Assembly (NCBI GenBank): GCA_047601445.1
Contig: JASGJH010000001.1
Location: 6,720,001 to 6,784,000, forward strand
DNA length: 64,000 nucleotides
DNA from: Myxococcales bacterium
Lineage (GTDB): Bacteria > Myxococcota_A > Polyangia > Polyangiales > DASUME01
Direction: 5' to 3'
In this document: in pieces, positions 35,914 to 46,363 of the stretch
Layout: each line of letters starts with the position of its first letter
Numbering within the stretch: position 1 is the stretch's first letter
Notes under the pieces: generated by a model
Seen by the model: the letters and a program-made list of their open reading frames with translations, nothing else
The model's database searches: none
What the model was told of the DNA's origin: nothing
Translations under genes and position numbers: made by a program

Positions 35914-38812
35914 TCATTCGCCGACGAGGCTCGTCGGAGAGAGTTCGCGCGAGAGTGCTGCATGGAGCTCCTCGAACTCCGTCTGCAGTGAACACGTCAG
36001 GTCCACGCACTCGTTGAGGTTGCCCGCTTCGGCGCTGTGCTGAAGTCGTTCGGCGACATTGGCGAGCGGACTTGCCGCGAGCGCCAGCGCCGCTCCCTTC
36101 AGCTTGTGGGCCGCCGCGCGCAAGGCCTTCGTGTCGGCTGCTTCGATGGCTCCGATCACGTCGTTCACCTGCGTCGGCATTTCCAGCAGGCACATTCTCA
36201 GTAGCTCCACCGAGCGCCGAACGCCAGGATCCAACGCCGGCTGCGCGCCTCGTGCTGCGCCGCTCGCGACATCATTGCTCGGTTCGTGGCTGGTCGGCAG
36301 GATGGCGATGTTGGGCACCGTTGCGCTGGCGTCGGCGCGCTCGTCCGCTGCCGGAGGATCGCTCTGGCCGTCCCCGTCGCGACCGTAGCGAGCCAGCATG
36401 CGCTCGAGAGCATTGCCCCGCAGGGGCTTGGAGAGATAGTCGTCCATGCCCGCCGCCATCACGCGCTCACGCTCGCCGGTCATGGCATGGGCGGTCAGCG
36501 CGATGATGAGCTGGTGCTTGCCCGTCGTCTGCTCGATTTGACGGATCTCGCGCGTGGCCGTGTAGCCGTCCATGACCGGCATCTGGCAGTCCATCAACAC
36601 GACCGAGTAGTCCTGTGCGCGCACCTTCTCGAGCGCCTGCGCGCCGTCGTCGGCCACGTCGACCAGGTAACCCAGCTCCTGCAGCTGCTCGGCTGCCACG
36701 AACTGATTCACCCGGTTGTCGTCCACCACCAGCACCTTGCCCCGGCGCGAACGCGTGTTCTTGGGGGCGCTGGGCAGGCGCTTGCGCTCGATGTGGCCCG
36801 TGAACACCGACTGCAAGGAGTTGTAGAGCTCCGACATGCGCAGCGGCTTGTGTAGCTGAGCGGCCGCCTGCAGGCCGACGCTCTGCAACTCGCTCGCGTT
36901 ACCAGAGTGCGAGACCACGATCAGGGGTACGCGTCCCTTGCCTGCCTTGGGAGCCGCGGCCTCCATCAAGGTCTGCAGCTCGAGTGCTCCCACCGGCAAG
37001 CCGGCTACCACCACGTCGAAGGTCCGACCCTGACGCACGAGCTCGTTCAAGCGAGGGAGCCCGATCTTGACGTTGGGCACCGTCTCGCACTGCATGCCCC
37101 AGGCTTCCATGTGCTCGCGAATGATTCTCGCGCCAGCGGTGATTGCCCTCGATGACCAGGGCCGAACGACCCGTGTGCGAGGCCTTGTGGGGTTGGTTGG
37201 CGGAGGCCTCCACGCCGCTCTTCAGCGTGAACCAGAACTGGCTTCCCATGCCGGGTCGGCTCCACACGCCGACGTTGCCGCCCATCATCTCGATCAGGCG
37301 CTTGGAGATGGCCAAGCCCAAGCCGGTACCGCCGTGCTTGCGGACCATGGAGCCGTCGACCTGGGAGAAGGCGTCGAAGATCGTCTTGACGTCGTCCTCG
37401 GCGATGCCGATGCCCGTGTCGTTGACCACGGTGTGCAGAACCACCTCATCGTCCGTGCGCTCATCCACGCGCAGCTCGACGAAGATCTCGCCCGTCTCGG
37501 TGAACTTCACTGCGTTGCCGACCAGGTTGTTGAGCACCTGGCGGAAGCGGTCCGCGTCGCCCTTGATGCGGTCCGGCACGTCCTTGGCCACCCGGTAGAT
37601 GATCTCCAGGCCCTTTTCGGAGGCGCGCGTGGACAACAGCTCGGCCACGTCCTGCACCACGATGCGCGGTTCGAACGGAGCCTCGTGCAAGGTATACTTG
37701 CCCGCCTCCATCTTCGAGAAATCGAGCACGTCGTTGATGATGGTGAGCAGCGCCGTGCTCGAGGCGTCCATGGTCTCCGCGTAGCGACGCAGCTTGTCGT
37801 CGAGCGGCATCCCGAGCATCAGCTTCACCAGGCCCATCACGCCGTTCATCGGCGTGCGAATCTCGTGGCTCATGTTGGCCAGGAACTCGCTCTTCAGGCG
37901 CGCCGACTCCAGCGCTTGCTCGGTCTTGGCCTCGAGCTCCTCGAAGGCCCGTTGGTTCACCTCGAGCATGTGATTGAAGGCGGCGGCCAAGATCTCGAGC
38001 TCGTCGCCGCTGCTCACCTGCACGCGCACGTCGCGGCGTCCCTCGGCGATGGTGTAAGCGGCGCCCGTGAGCTCATTGAGGGGCTTGGATACTTGTTGGA
38101 GCGCCTTCCGGACCAGCAACGCACCGAGCGCGATGCCCAGGATGGTGAGACCCGCCACCGTGAGCAACATGGCGTTCAGCGCCTGGTCGGCGCGGGCCCG
38201 GGCCGTGGCCAGCTCTCGGTGCATGCGCTGCGTGCTGAAGCCGTAGCGAATGGTCCCCAGCAGCTCGCCGTCTTCGCTGACCGGCGCTGCGAAGTCGAGG
38301 ACGTCCTGATTGAAGAGACGAACCGCCCGCTCGGAGGCCTTCTCGGGATGGAGTTGTGCGACGGTCAGCCCGAGCTCCGCATAGCGCTTCAGGTCGCGAG
38401 CCGTGGCGGCCCCGGCCTTCTGGGTCGGGGAGATGTACGCCCACGGCGTGTTGTCCGCGGCCAGGAACAGGCCATACACGATGTCCGGATCGCGTTCTGC
38501 GGCCTGCTCGACCAGGGAGGACACGTCTCCGAAGGCATTGTCGGCGACCAGTCCGCGCAGGGCCAGGGCGTGGTTTTCGGTCAAGACCCGCGCCTTCTCC
38601 ACGATGCCTGCCCGGATCAGGCGCTGGGTCTCGCGAGCGCTCTCCTCATTGGCCCGGTAGTTCACGTAGGTGACGCTCACCAGCATGGCCAGGCTGAGCG
38701 GCAGCATGATGCCGAGCATCACGCGCATGAACTTGGCCTGCAGGGTGCCGCGTTTGGCCCGGGTCAGGACGTGTTCGTTGGCGTTGGTGGCGGGGGCTTC
38801 TTGCAAGGTCAT
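35914..38812 (-). CDS. Hybrid histidine kinase (2TM-HAMP-HisKA-HATPase-pseudoREC-REC-Hpt), split by +1 frameshift near 37127
   Basis: FLANMSHEIRTPMNG, NLVGNAVKFT, GGTGLGL; LMDCQMP; AHKLKG. Confidence 0.9.
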
Positions 38813-38816
38813 CGGC

Positions 38817-39263
38817 TCACTTTGCTTCCGGCGACCGTCGACGCGACTGCGACGACACGCGTGCGACCGTGGGGACGAGCTCATGGCGTAGGTTGCGCTT
38901 GGACAGCACGGCGTCCGCGCCGCACTCGGCGCCCATACCTGCCAGCTCCTCCACGGCGCAGCCCGAGATCAGGATGACTCCGATGTGACGTAGCCGGGGA
39001 TTGTTGCGGAAGAGCTTGGCGACCATGTCTCCGCGCAGGTTGGGCATCAACACGTCCAGCAGCACCACATCGACGCCCTCGGCGCTGGCGGTGCGCGTGG
39101 CGCCGATGGGAGAGTTCAGTTCGACGACGCGACAGCTCGGCGCCAGCAGCTCGCGAACCAGGGAACGCGCGATGTTATCGTCGTCGATCACGAGGACCGC
39201 CGTCTGCGCTTTCGCCCCGGCGGAGGCGTCTCGCGAACTATTCTCGGAACTGAGCTTCGGCAT
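38817..39263 (-). CDS. Single-domain response regulator
   Basis: VLVIDDD, LLDVLMP, LISG, LSK; SPIGAT motif. Confidence 0.9.
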   Translation of the reverse strand: MPKLSSENSSRDASAGAKAQTAVLVIDDDNIARSLVRELLAPSCRVVELNSPIGATRTASAEGVDVVLLDVLMPNLRGDMVAKLFRNNPRLRHIGVILISGCAVEELAGMGAECGADAVLSKRNLRHELVPTVARVSSQSRRRSPEAK

Positions 39264-39277
39264 GGGTAGTGTCTCCT

Positions 39278-40303
39278 CTACTTCAGGACGACATCGACTT
39301 TGGAAAGGGCATCTTCACGCAGCGCGAAGAGCTCGTTGGCTCTCAGGTAGTCCATCACCGTGGTGGTCGAGACCGGCAGCTGAACTTCCGTGTTCTCGAA
39401 CGCCCAACCGTTGTCCCGCGCGTCGAACAGGATGCCCGCCGCCTGGGTGCCGAGCGCGGTGTGATCCGGAAGGACCGCGAAATCTCCGAAGCTTCCGCCC
39501 GCAGTGACCAGCGAGCGCGCTCCGACCAAGGTCGGGATGTAGGGGTGCTCTTCGAGCCCGGCGACCCAGCCTTCGCTGAGCAATTGCCGGGTGAGGAGAT
39601 GGTCATCGTTGAGCACCCACAGCGCGTCGACCTGGTGCTTCAAGCGCCGCAGGGCCGCCTTGATCTCGGAAGGATTGGGGGAGGGTGAGACGACCTGACT
39701 CACGACCGACACGTTCTCGCGCTTGGCGAGCGTCGCTTCGAACTCGACCAGGCCGGTGAAGGCGGCGCGCCGGATCACGCCCACGCGGGCCACCGGGTGG
39801 GTGATCAAGCTACGCAGGTTGCTCACCACGGTGATCAGCGGAACCTCGTAGCGGATGCCGGTGGCGTTGAGAATTCCGAGACCCTTCTGCTCGAGCAGAG
39901 AGGTCATGACGATCACGGCGGGTGGATAGGACGCCGCGCGGTTGGCTCGCTGATATTCGCGATAGGCGGCCACGGTCGGGTTGTTGATCAGCACCAGCGC
40001 CGAAGGGCGATGACGCGTGATGGCTTCGTGGATGGAGGCACTGTCCTGCTTGCGCTGCACCAGCACGCCGATCAGCTGGATGTCCGCCGACAGTTCGTCG
40101 CACAGGCCGGTCCACACCTGGCGCGCGTGTTCGTTGTCAGGCATGCAGACCAGGACCCGCTCGGCGCGACCTGCTCCCGCCGTACTGCCGAGCTCGGCGT
40201 AATGCCGACCTGTCTGGCTCGCGGTTTGGCGCGCCCCGCAGGCGCTGAACAGCGCGGCTGCAAGCGGAACCTGGATCAGGAATTTGCGTCTAGTCAGCGC
40301 CAT
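39278..40303 (-). CDS. Tat-exported lipoprotein, ABC_sub_bind-like periplasmic binding fold
   Basis: LTRRKFL Tat motif, FSA-C; TGI.YEVP, VDALWVLND, LGTQAA. Confidence 0.7.
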   Translation of the reverse strand: MALTRRKFLIQVPLAAALFSACGARQTASQTGRHYAELGSTAGAGRAERVLVCMPDNEHARQVWTGLCDELSADIQLIGVLVQRKQDSASIHEAITRHRPSALVLINNPTVAAYREYQRANRAASYPPAVIVMTSLLEQKGLGILNATGIRYEVPLITVVSNLRSLITHPVARVGVIRRAAFTGLVEFEATLAKRENVSVVSQVVSPSPNPSEIKAALRRLKHQVDALWVLNDDHLLTRQLLSEGWVAGLEEHPYIPTLVGARSLVTAGGSFGDFAVLPDHTALGTQAAGILFDARDNGWAFENTEVQLPVSTTTVMDYLRANELFALREDALSKVDVVLK

Positions 40304-40926
40304 TCGTCGATTCCAAAGGGACGGGTAATGCTGAGGGGAAGCTTGGCGACAGCGGCCAGGGCGTCGTTGCCCTGGGAATTCAACACCGCCACGGCGGGCA
40401 GACCGACGCGCGTGGGCAGCTCGCGGGCGAGCAGCTTCATCTGCGTCGTCGCTTGCAGCTCGGCCAAGAGGCGGCTCGGCAACATGACCGCGTCGACCCG
40501 CGACATCTGCAGCAGGGGCAGCAAGTCCTCGAGCTTGGTGACGCGCTCCACCTTGGGACGACCACCGGTCATGGAGTTGACGAACGCCGTCGTTCCGTCG
40601 CGCCCAAGCAGGTCGAGGGCTCCCACACCGCGAACGTGCGCTGGATCCGGTGCGCGCTCGGGAGCCACCAGGGAGTAGCTCTCGTCGGCCTTGCCGTTCT
40701 GATAGCCCAGCAGGCGCGGCGTGAGGTGGTTGGCGGCGAGCACCGGCGCCAGGGTCAAGACGGCATCGGCCGCTCCCTCTAGCCCACGCTGAAAGTCCGC
40801 CACGCGACCGACCGCCGTGACGGCGAGCGTCTTCAACGCATCCTGCAGCTCTGCCTGCAAGGCGCGCTGCTTGACGATGAGATGAAGGAACACGAGGAGA
40901 CGCGGCATGCTCTTGTCGTCTTTCAT
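40294..40926 (-). CDS. Hypothetical periplasmic-binding-protein-II-like protein
   Basis: Overlaps the next gene; VTKLEDLLPLLQ..RVDAV.LP; no clear signal peptide. Confidence 0.55.
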   Translation of the reverse strand: MKDDKSMPRLLVFLHLIVKQRALQAELQDALKTLAVTAVGRVADFQRGLEGAADAVLTLAPVLAANHLTPRLLGYQNGKADESYSLVAPERAPDPAHVRGVGALDLLGRDGTTAFVNSMTGGRPKVERVTKLEDLLPLLQMSRVDAVMLPSRLLAELQATTQMKLLARELPTRVGLPAVAVLNSQGNDALAAVAKLPLSITRPFGIDEWR

Positions 40927-41001
40927 ACCTGCAGATTCACGCCTGCCTGCGTTCGACCAGGCCTGCGGGACGTGCGTCGATTCAGTACGTTCAGGGACTC
41001 G

Positions 41002-43146
41002 TCAGTACACATGTCTGAACTCGAGAAAGACCTCGCGCGGGGCGAGGGGAATGTCGTAGCCATAGAAGCCGGGATCCGGTCCGCCGGCCCCGAGTACGTT
41101 GCGAGCGCGCAGCGCGATCCGCGACTCGTGGCCACGAATCAGGTAGAGCTCGCGCGTCGCGAGCGACAGATTGAGCATCGCGTAGGTGGGGAGCGTGTAC
41201 GAGCTGCCGTGCTCGACGATACTCGCGTCACCAGCGCGTCGCGCGCCCACCACCATGCCCTGGGCGGTGAAATCGACCGGGAAAGACGGCACGAACGGCA
41301 ACAGCACGGACACGCCGCCGCGGGCGATCCAGGTGGGATACACCACGTTCTGCGAGCCGATCAGCGTAGCGGCGTAGCCTTCTTGCCCGAGCTCGCGCCG
41401 CGAACGCACCAGATCGAAGCCCGCATAGGAGGTGAAATAGTCGCGGTAGCGCAGGTCCGCCCGGCTCTCCCAGCTCAGCGTGCTTTGACTGGCCACGTTG
41501 AGCGCGGCCTGATTGATGCCCTGGGGCGTGAACTCGGCCTTGTCGACGAGCCAGTTCTGGGAGAGGCCCGTGCTCGCCTCGAACATCTTGCTGGGTCTGT
41601 AGGCGACCTGGCCCTCAACCGTGTGGATGTACTGGGGGCGCAAGCTGCCGTTTCCGATCACGTCGCCAGGTCGCAGCGGAACCGCATACAACAGGTAGGG
41701 CGAGGGAGCCTTGAAGGCGCTTCCGTACAGCAGCTTGACCGTCAGCGAAGACAGCCAGTGCGAGATGGCACCCACGCGGCCACTGAAGACGTCGCCGTAC
41801 TTGCTGTGGCGGTCGTAGCGGCCGCCACCGGTCAGCTTGAGCCACCGCGGGATCGCCTGGTAGTTGGCGCTGAAGTAGGTGCCCACGTTCGTGAACGTGA
41901 TCTCGTTTCGCGTGGCCGGACTGATGGCGGCGGAATCGCCGGTGACGCGGTCGACGCGCCGCGGATCCGGCAAGCGTTCGTGATCCACGAGCACCTCGGT
42001 GCCCAACACCACGCTCAGCGAATCGATCGGGTGGTAGCGCGCCTCGAGCATGGAGTCCGCGCCGCGGTAGTGCTGCTTGCGCTCGACGTAGAACTGGTCG
42101 CTGCCGATCTCGACGCGGTCGGGAGGCAGAACACCGCCCTCGAAGTAGGTGCTTTGCAGCGCGAAATCGAGGGATTTGTTGGCCTGGACCAGCGTGTCCA
42201 AGTTGACGCGGTACTGGCCGAGCGCGATGGTGGTTCCACGCGCCGATCCATCGGGGGCGCGGCCATCGCTGAGCTGTGCCCAGGGAGCGAAGTCGCCGCC
42301 ACGTTCGATGCCGGAGGCATACGCGCTGAGCACGACGTGACCGACACCGTCTACGCGATAGCCGAGCCTGCTCTGCAGGCCCAGAGATCGCCGGCTCAGA
42401 TCACGGCTGCTGCGACGGTTCACATCGGCAGGAACCGTGGTGCCAGGCGAGTCCTTGGGGAGCTTGAGGCCGCTGCGGTCCTTGGCCTCGGCCACCGCGC
42501 CCAGCATCAGGTCGAACTTGCCCCACTTGCCTCCGCCCACCACATCGACCTGGCCACCAGGATGGTCGCCGGTGTAGCCGCCCAGCATGCGCGCGCGCAC
42601 GGGACGCACGGCGTCAGGGGGCTTGGTGATGATATTGACGACACCGAGGAAGGCATCCGCGCCGTAGAGGGCCGAAGCAGGTCCGCGAAGAATCTCGATT
42701 TGCTTGATCGACTCGAGCGGAACGAGCTCGACACCGAGCCAGTTGCCGGAGGTGGAGCGATAGGAGACCGAGCGGCCGTCGATCATCACCTTGAGCACGC
42801 CGCTCTCGGCCCCGGCACCACCCGTCACGCCTCGCACGCCGACGTTGGGCAGCACGTGATCGTCGAGCACGTAGAATCCGAGCGTGTTTTGCAGCACTTC
42901 GGCGACGCTCTGGTAGCCCCAGCGCACGATGTCTTCGTACGTGACCACGGTGATCACGGCCGGCGCATCGTCGATGCTCTCCGAGGTCTTACTCGCGGTG
43001 GAGACCTCCGTGCTGAGCAGTCGGACCAGGTCGAGGTCGTCCGGCGCATGCTCGTCGGCATCCTCGGCGCGAGCGGATAGGCTGGCTCCCAGCACGCCTG
43101 CTCCGAGCGCGAAGGCCAACGTGGTTCGTCTAAGAAATGACTTCAT
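41002..43146 (-). CDS. TonB-dependent receptor
   Basis: Plug VSTASK...APAVITVVT, IEILRGPASALYGADA..GVVNIITK; GGRYD; terminal aromatic strand. Confidence 0.92.
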   Translation of the reverse strand: MKSFLRRTTLAFALGAGVLGASLSARAEDADEHAPDDLDLVRLLSTEVSTASKTSESIDDAPAVITVVTYEDIVRWGYQSVAEVLQNTLGFYVLDDHVLPNVGVRGVTGGAGAESGVLKVMIDGRSVSYRSTSGNWLGVELVPLESIKQIEILRGPASALYGADAFLGVVNIITKPPDAVRPVRARMLGGYTGDHPGGQVDVVGGGKWGKFDLMLGAVAEAKDRSGLKLPKDSPGTTVPADVNRRSSRDLSRRSLGLQSRLGYRVDGVGHVVLSAYASGIERGGDFAPWAQLSDGRAPDGSARGTTIALGQYRVNLDTLVQANKSLDFALQSTYFEGGVLPPDRVEIGSDQFYVERKQHYRGADSMLEARYHPIDSLSVVLGTEVLVDHERLPDPRRVDRVTGDSAAISPATRNEITFTNVGTYFSANYQAIPRWLKLTGGGRYDRHSKYGDVFSGRVGAISHWLSSLTVKLLYGSAFKAPSPYLLYAVPLRPGDVIGNGSLRPQYIHTVEGQVAYRPSKMFEASTGLSQNWLVDKAEFTPQGINQAALNVASQSTLSWESRADLRYRDYFTSYAGFDLVRSRRELGQEGYAATLIGSQNVVYPTWIARGGVSVLLPFVPSFPVDFTAQGMVVGARRAGDASIVEHGSSYTLPTYAMLNLSLATRELYLIRGHESRIALRARNVLGAGGPDPGFYGYDIPLAPREVFLEFRHVY

Positions 43147-43308
43147 GTACGACCGAGTGGCGCGCACGCGCCTACGCCTCGGCCCATCCCCCATTTAGTA
43201 GCCACTTAGATGATCGCGAGTTGCAATCGACAACTCAACATGATTCTCGTCCGAGACGCGCGCGGACGTGGTCTGCGGACCTTACTGAGACAACACTCCG
43301 CAACGTCG

Positions 43309-44547
43309 TTATTTGAGAGCTACAAACTGACCGCGCTCGATCGTCCAGAAGCGCGTGTACGCGGCCGACCGACCCCCCGATCGGTCGAGCGCGATCACTC
43401 CGGTCACGCCGGAGTAGTAGACAGCCTTGCCATCGCGCGCATTGGCGATGCCCTTCTGCAGTTCGTCCCACTCGAAGACCACGCCAGATTGCCCCGAGGA
43501 CGACAGCACGTGGTCCCGTACGCTCTGGGCGTCGGGTAGCAACTCGCCCTCGAGGACGGGAGCGGCCTCATAGGCCACGGCGAACAACGCGACGGCGTCG
43601 TAATAGTAGAAAGCGCCCGTGGTCGGCTTGGATCCCTTCCAGCGCTTCACGAAGGCCTCGGTAAAGCCATCCGTACGAGCGCCATCCGGGCTTACGGCGG
43701 GCGCGACGCCGACCATGCCCTCGAGCGCGTCGGTGGAAGCATTGAGCAAGAAACCGGGCTGTTCGAGGGAAGGCGAGAGATACCACTGAAGGTCGTGCTT
43801 GCCGGACTTGAACGAGAAGTCGTTCACGAACTTGCTCGCCGTGGTGGCGTCTGCAGCGAGGACGATGGCGTCCGGTGAGGCGGCCACGACCGCTGCGATC
43901 GCGGCGGAGAAATCGGTGGTCGAGGCGCTGATCTTGGTGGAAGCGGCCACCGAAACGGCGATGGCACCCAGGCGCTCTTCGATGCCGCTCGCGAAGCTCG
44001 CTTCGTACTCTGCGTCGGTGCTGATGATGGCCACGCGCTGGGCGCCGTCCACCTTCATCTTGCGGGCGAGGGCACTGGCGAGATCCTTACTGGAGGGCGC
44101 CAGGCGAAACCACATGTCGAGATCCTGAGAGCTGCCGACGGGGACTGAAGAGGAGCTCGGCGTCAGCAGGGCCACGCCGGCCTCGGAGAGCACGGGAGGA
44201 AGCGCGCGCGCCAACTCGTCACTCTCCGGTCCAATGATGGCGACCACGCCTCGATCCGCGAGCTCCTGTGCACTCGCGAGCCCACGTTCCACGCTGGAGT
44301 GAGTGTCTCCGTAAAGGATTCGAACTGGCTTGTCGTGCAGTCCGCCGGCCGCGTTGATGCGGTCGACCGCCATCAACACGCCGCGCTCGTAGTTTCCGCC
44401 CGCCGAGCCGTCTTTGCCCGTGTAAGGCAGCAAGAGACCGATGCGGATCTCATCGGAATCTTCGTGTTTTGACTCACCACACCCCAGCAACACCAAAGAA
44501 AGCGCAGCAGGGATCGCTGCTCGGCGCAGCGAAACCTTCGTCGTCAT
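43309..44547 (-). CDS. Branched-chain-amino-acid-type (Peripla_BP_6) binding lipoprotein, orphan
   Basis: IRIGLLLPYTG, AVDRINAAGG, FRLAPS, YDAVAL, YSGVTG. Confidence 0.85.
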   Translation of the reverse strand: MTTKVSLRRAAIPAALSLVLLGCGESKHEDSDEIRIGLLLPYTGKDGSAGGNYERGVLMAVDRINAAGGLHDKPVRILYGDTHSSVERGLASAQELADRGVVAIIGPESDELARALPPVLSEAGVALLTPSSSSVPVGSSQDLDMWFRLAPSSKDLASALARKMKVDGAQRVAIISTDAEYEASFASGIEERLGAIAVSVAASTKISASTTDFSAAIAAVVAASPDAIVLAADATTASKFVNDFSFKSGKHDLQWYLSPSLEQPGFLLNASTDALEGMVGVAPAVSPDGARTDGFTEAFVKRWKGSKPTTGAFYYYDAVALFAVAYEAAPVLEGELLPDAQSVRDHVLSSSGQSGVVFEWDELQKGIANARDGKAVYYSGVTGVIALDRSGGRSAAYTRFWTIERGQFVALK

Positions 44548-44771
44548 GATCTTGTCCCCACCTAAAATCCTATCCCCGGGTCAGGACGATCGTAAATGGC
44601 TTTCGTTCACCCCAATGACCAGCGCGTGATGGGACGGTTTCGCTGTCAGGAGCTGCATTACGCGCCTGCAGTACGCGATGTCTCAGACCGCCTCCGTTGG
44701 TGGGCCGAGCAACATAAGGGGGGCTAGGGTCCTGAGTAAGGTGGTGCAACGGGAGGACAGCCGATCATCAG

Positions 44772-46217
44772 CTACCGCGCTGTTCCAATCGAAGAAGCCA
44801 GCTCGCCCAGCGTGCGCACCGCGTCCGCGATCGGCCGCGACCAGGGAAAGCCGCAGTTGACGCGGATGTAGTTCTTGTAGCGATGTCCTGCGGCGAAGAT
44901 GGGCCCGGGCGCGACGGCGATGCCCCGGCGCGCGGCTTCGGCCCGCAGTTGCAGCGCATCCACGCCGCGCGGCAGCTCCACCCAGAGCAAATAGCCGCCG
45001 CGCGGATCGGACACCGTGGTGCCGACCGGGAAGGAGGCCGCGATGGCCTCGCGAAAGGTCTTCACCTGGCTCGCGAGCTTGCCGCGCAGGGTGCGCAGGT
45101 GTCGGTCGTAGGTGCCGCTGCCGAGGTACTCCGCGACGGCCATCTGCTCCAGCGTCGATGTCGCGACGCTCTGCGAGAACTTGAGCCGCTCGACCCGCGC
45201 CTGGTAGCGCCCTGCCGCGATCCAACCCACGCGATAGCCCGCCGCGATGGTCTTCGAGATCGAGCCGCACAGGAGTACGCGTCCGTTGCGGTCCAGGGAC
45301 TTGATCGGGCTCGGGCGTGAGCCGTCCCATGCGAGGTCGCCGTAGATATCGTCTTCGATCAGCGGGACGTCATGGCGCTCCACCAGCGCGTGCAGCCGCG
45401 CGCGGGACTCCTGGGGCATCAGCGAGCCGTTCGGGTTGTCGAAGGTCGGGATCACCACGCATGCACCCACCTTGGCCTTCTTCAGCACCAGCTGCAGGGC
45501 GTCGAGATCCATACCGTGCTCGGCATGCGAAGGCACCTCGATCACGCGCAGGCTCATCTCTTCGAGCAGCTGGAGGATGCCGAAGTAAGTGGGCGAGGAG
45601 ACCACCACGCTGTCGCCGGGCCGGGTCACGGCGCGCAGCGCGAGGTGCATCGCCTCCATGGCGCCCGAGGTGATCACGAAGTCGTCTTCCCCCAGCGACA
45701 TGCCCCAGGCGAGCGAGCGGCGCGCGAGCTGACGCCGCAGCGTGAGCAGTCCGGGGGGAGGCACGTACTCGGCGCCAGCCGTGCCCATGTCGCGCACGAT
45801 GCCGGCCAGCAGCCGATTGAGCGGACGGATAGCGTACAGCTCGGGCGCGAGGTTCGCCGCGCCGAGCGGAACCACGCTCGGGTCGTACATCGAAGCCATC
45901 AGCCCCGCGACGCCGTCGGACACCGCCACGCGCGCCGGCGCCAGCGTGGGGGGCTTCTGGGCGCGCTGCGGCTGTGGCTTGCGCGCCGGCTCGAGGCGCC
46001 TCACAAAATGCCCCGACTTCGGCCGCGTCTCCACCAGCTCACGCTGCTCGAGCTGCCGGTACGCCGCGAGCACGGTCGCGATGCTCACGTGCCGCTCGCG
46101 CGCGAAGCGACGCAGCGAGGGCAGGCGGTCGCCTGCGCGTAACGCACCGCGGTCGATCAGCGACGCAACATGGGCCGCCACGTCTTCGTACAGGTGTGCC
46201 GGGCTGTTTTCGCTCAT
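44772..46217 (-). CDS. GntR/MocR family PLP-dependent transcriptional regulator
   Basis: GDRLPSLR HTH; NPNG, IEDDIY, SISKTIAAGYRVGW. Confidence 0.93.
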   Translation of the reverse strand: MSENSPAHLYEDVAAHVASLIDRGALRAGDRLPSLRRFARERHVSIATVLAAYRQLEQRELVETRPKSGHFVRRLEPARKPQPQRAQKPPTLAPARVAVSDGVAGLMASMYDPSVVPLGAANLAPELYAIRPLNRLLAGIVRDMGTAGAEYVPPPGLLTLRRQLARRSLAWGMSLGEDDFVITSGAMEAMHLALRAVTRPGDSVVVSSPTYFGILQLLEEMSLRVIEVPSHAEHGMDLDALQLVLKKAKVGACVVIPTFDNPNGSLMPQESRARLHALVERHDVPLIEDDIYGDLAWDGSRPSPIKSLDRNGRVLLCGSISKTIAAGYRVGWIAAGRYQARVERLKFSQSVATSTLEQMAVAEYLGSGTYDRHLRTLRGKLASQVKTFREAIAASFPVGTTVSDPRGGYLLWVELPRGVDALQLRAEAARRGIAVAPGPIFAAGHRYKNYIRVNCGFPWSRPIADAVRTLGELASSIGTAR

Positions 46218-46252
46218 AACGTGTGCCCAGCCTACGGCGAACGCCCGCCTCC

Positions 46253-46306
46253 GACCAGTACAGATGATAGGACGGTGGACCGGTACAGATGAAATCTGTA
46301 CTGGTC
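46253..46306. promoter_or_regulatory. MocR-type operator: two direct repeats plus one inverted repeat
   Basis: GACCAGTACAGATGA (46253), GACCGGTACAGATGA (46278), inverted ATCTGTACTGGTC (46294). Confidence 0.8.
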
Positions 46307-46363
46307 GACACGAGGGCCAGCTGTGTCTGACGCGCGGCTTACGCTCGGTGCATGGTGTGGACC

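Noticed and set aside
35914..38812. Kinase as a pseudogene or programmed frameshift
   Set aside because: No slippery run or other decay; same AGAATC signature as other breaks, so a sequencing artefact is more likely.
37067..38977. 636-aa plus-strand ORF (also 34278-36017, 13057-14445, 51162-52583)
   Set aside because: Antisense shadows of well-supported genes.
40882..43080. 732-aa plus-strand ORF
   Set aside because: Antisense shadow of the TonB receptor; expected from GC3 bias, no motifs.
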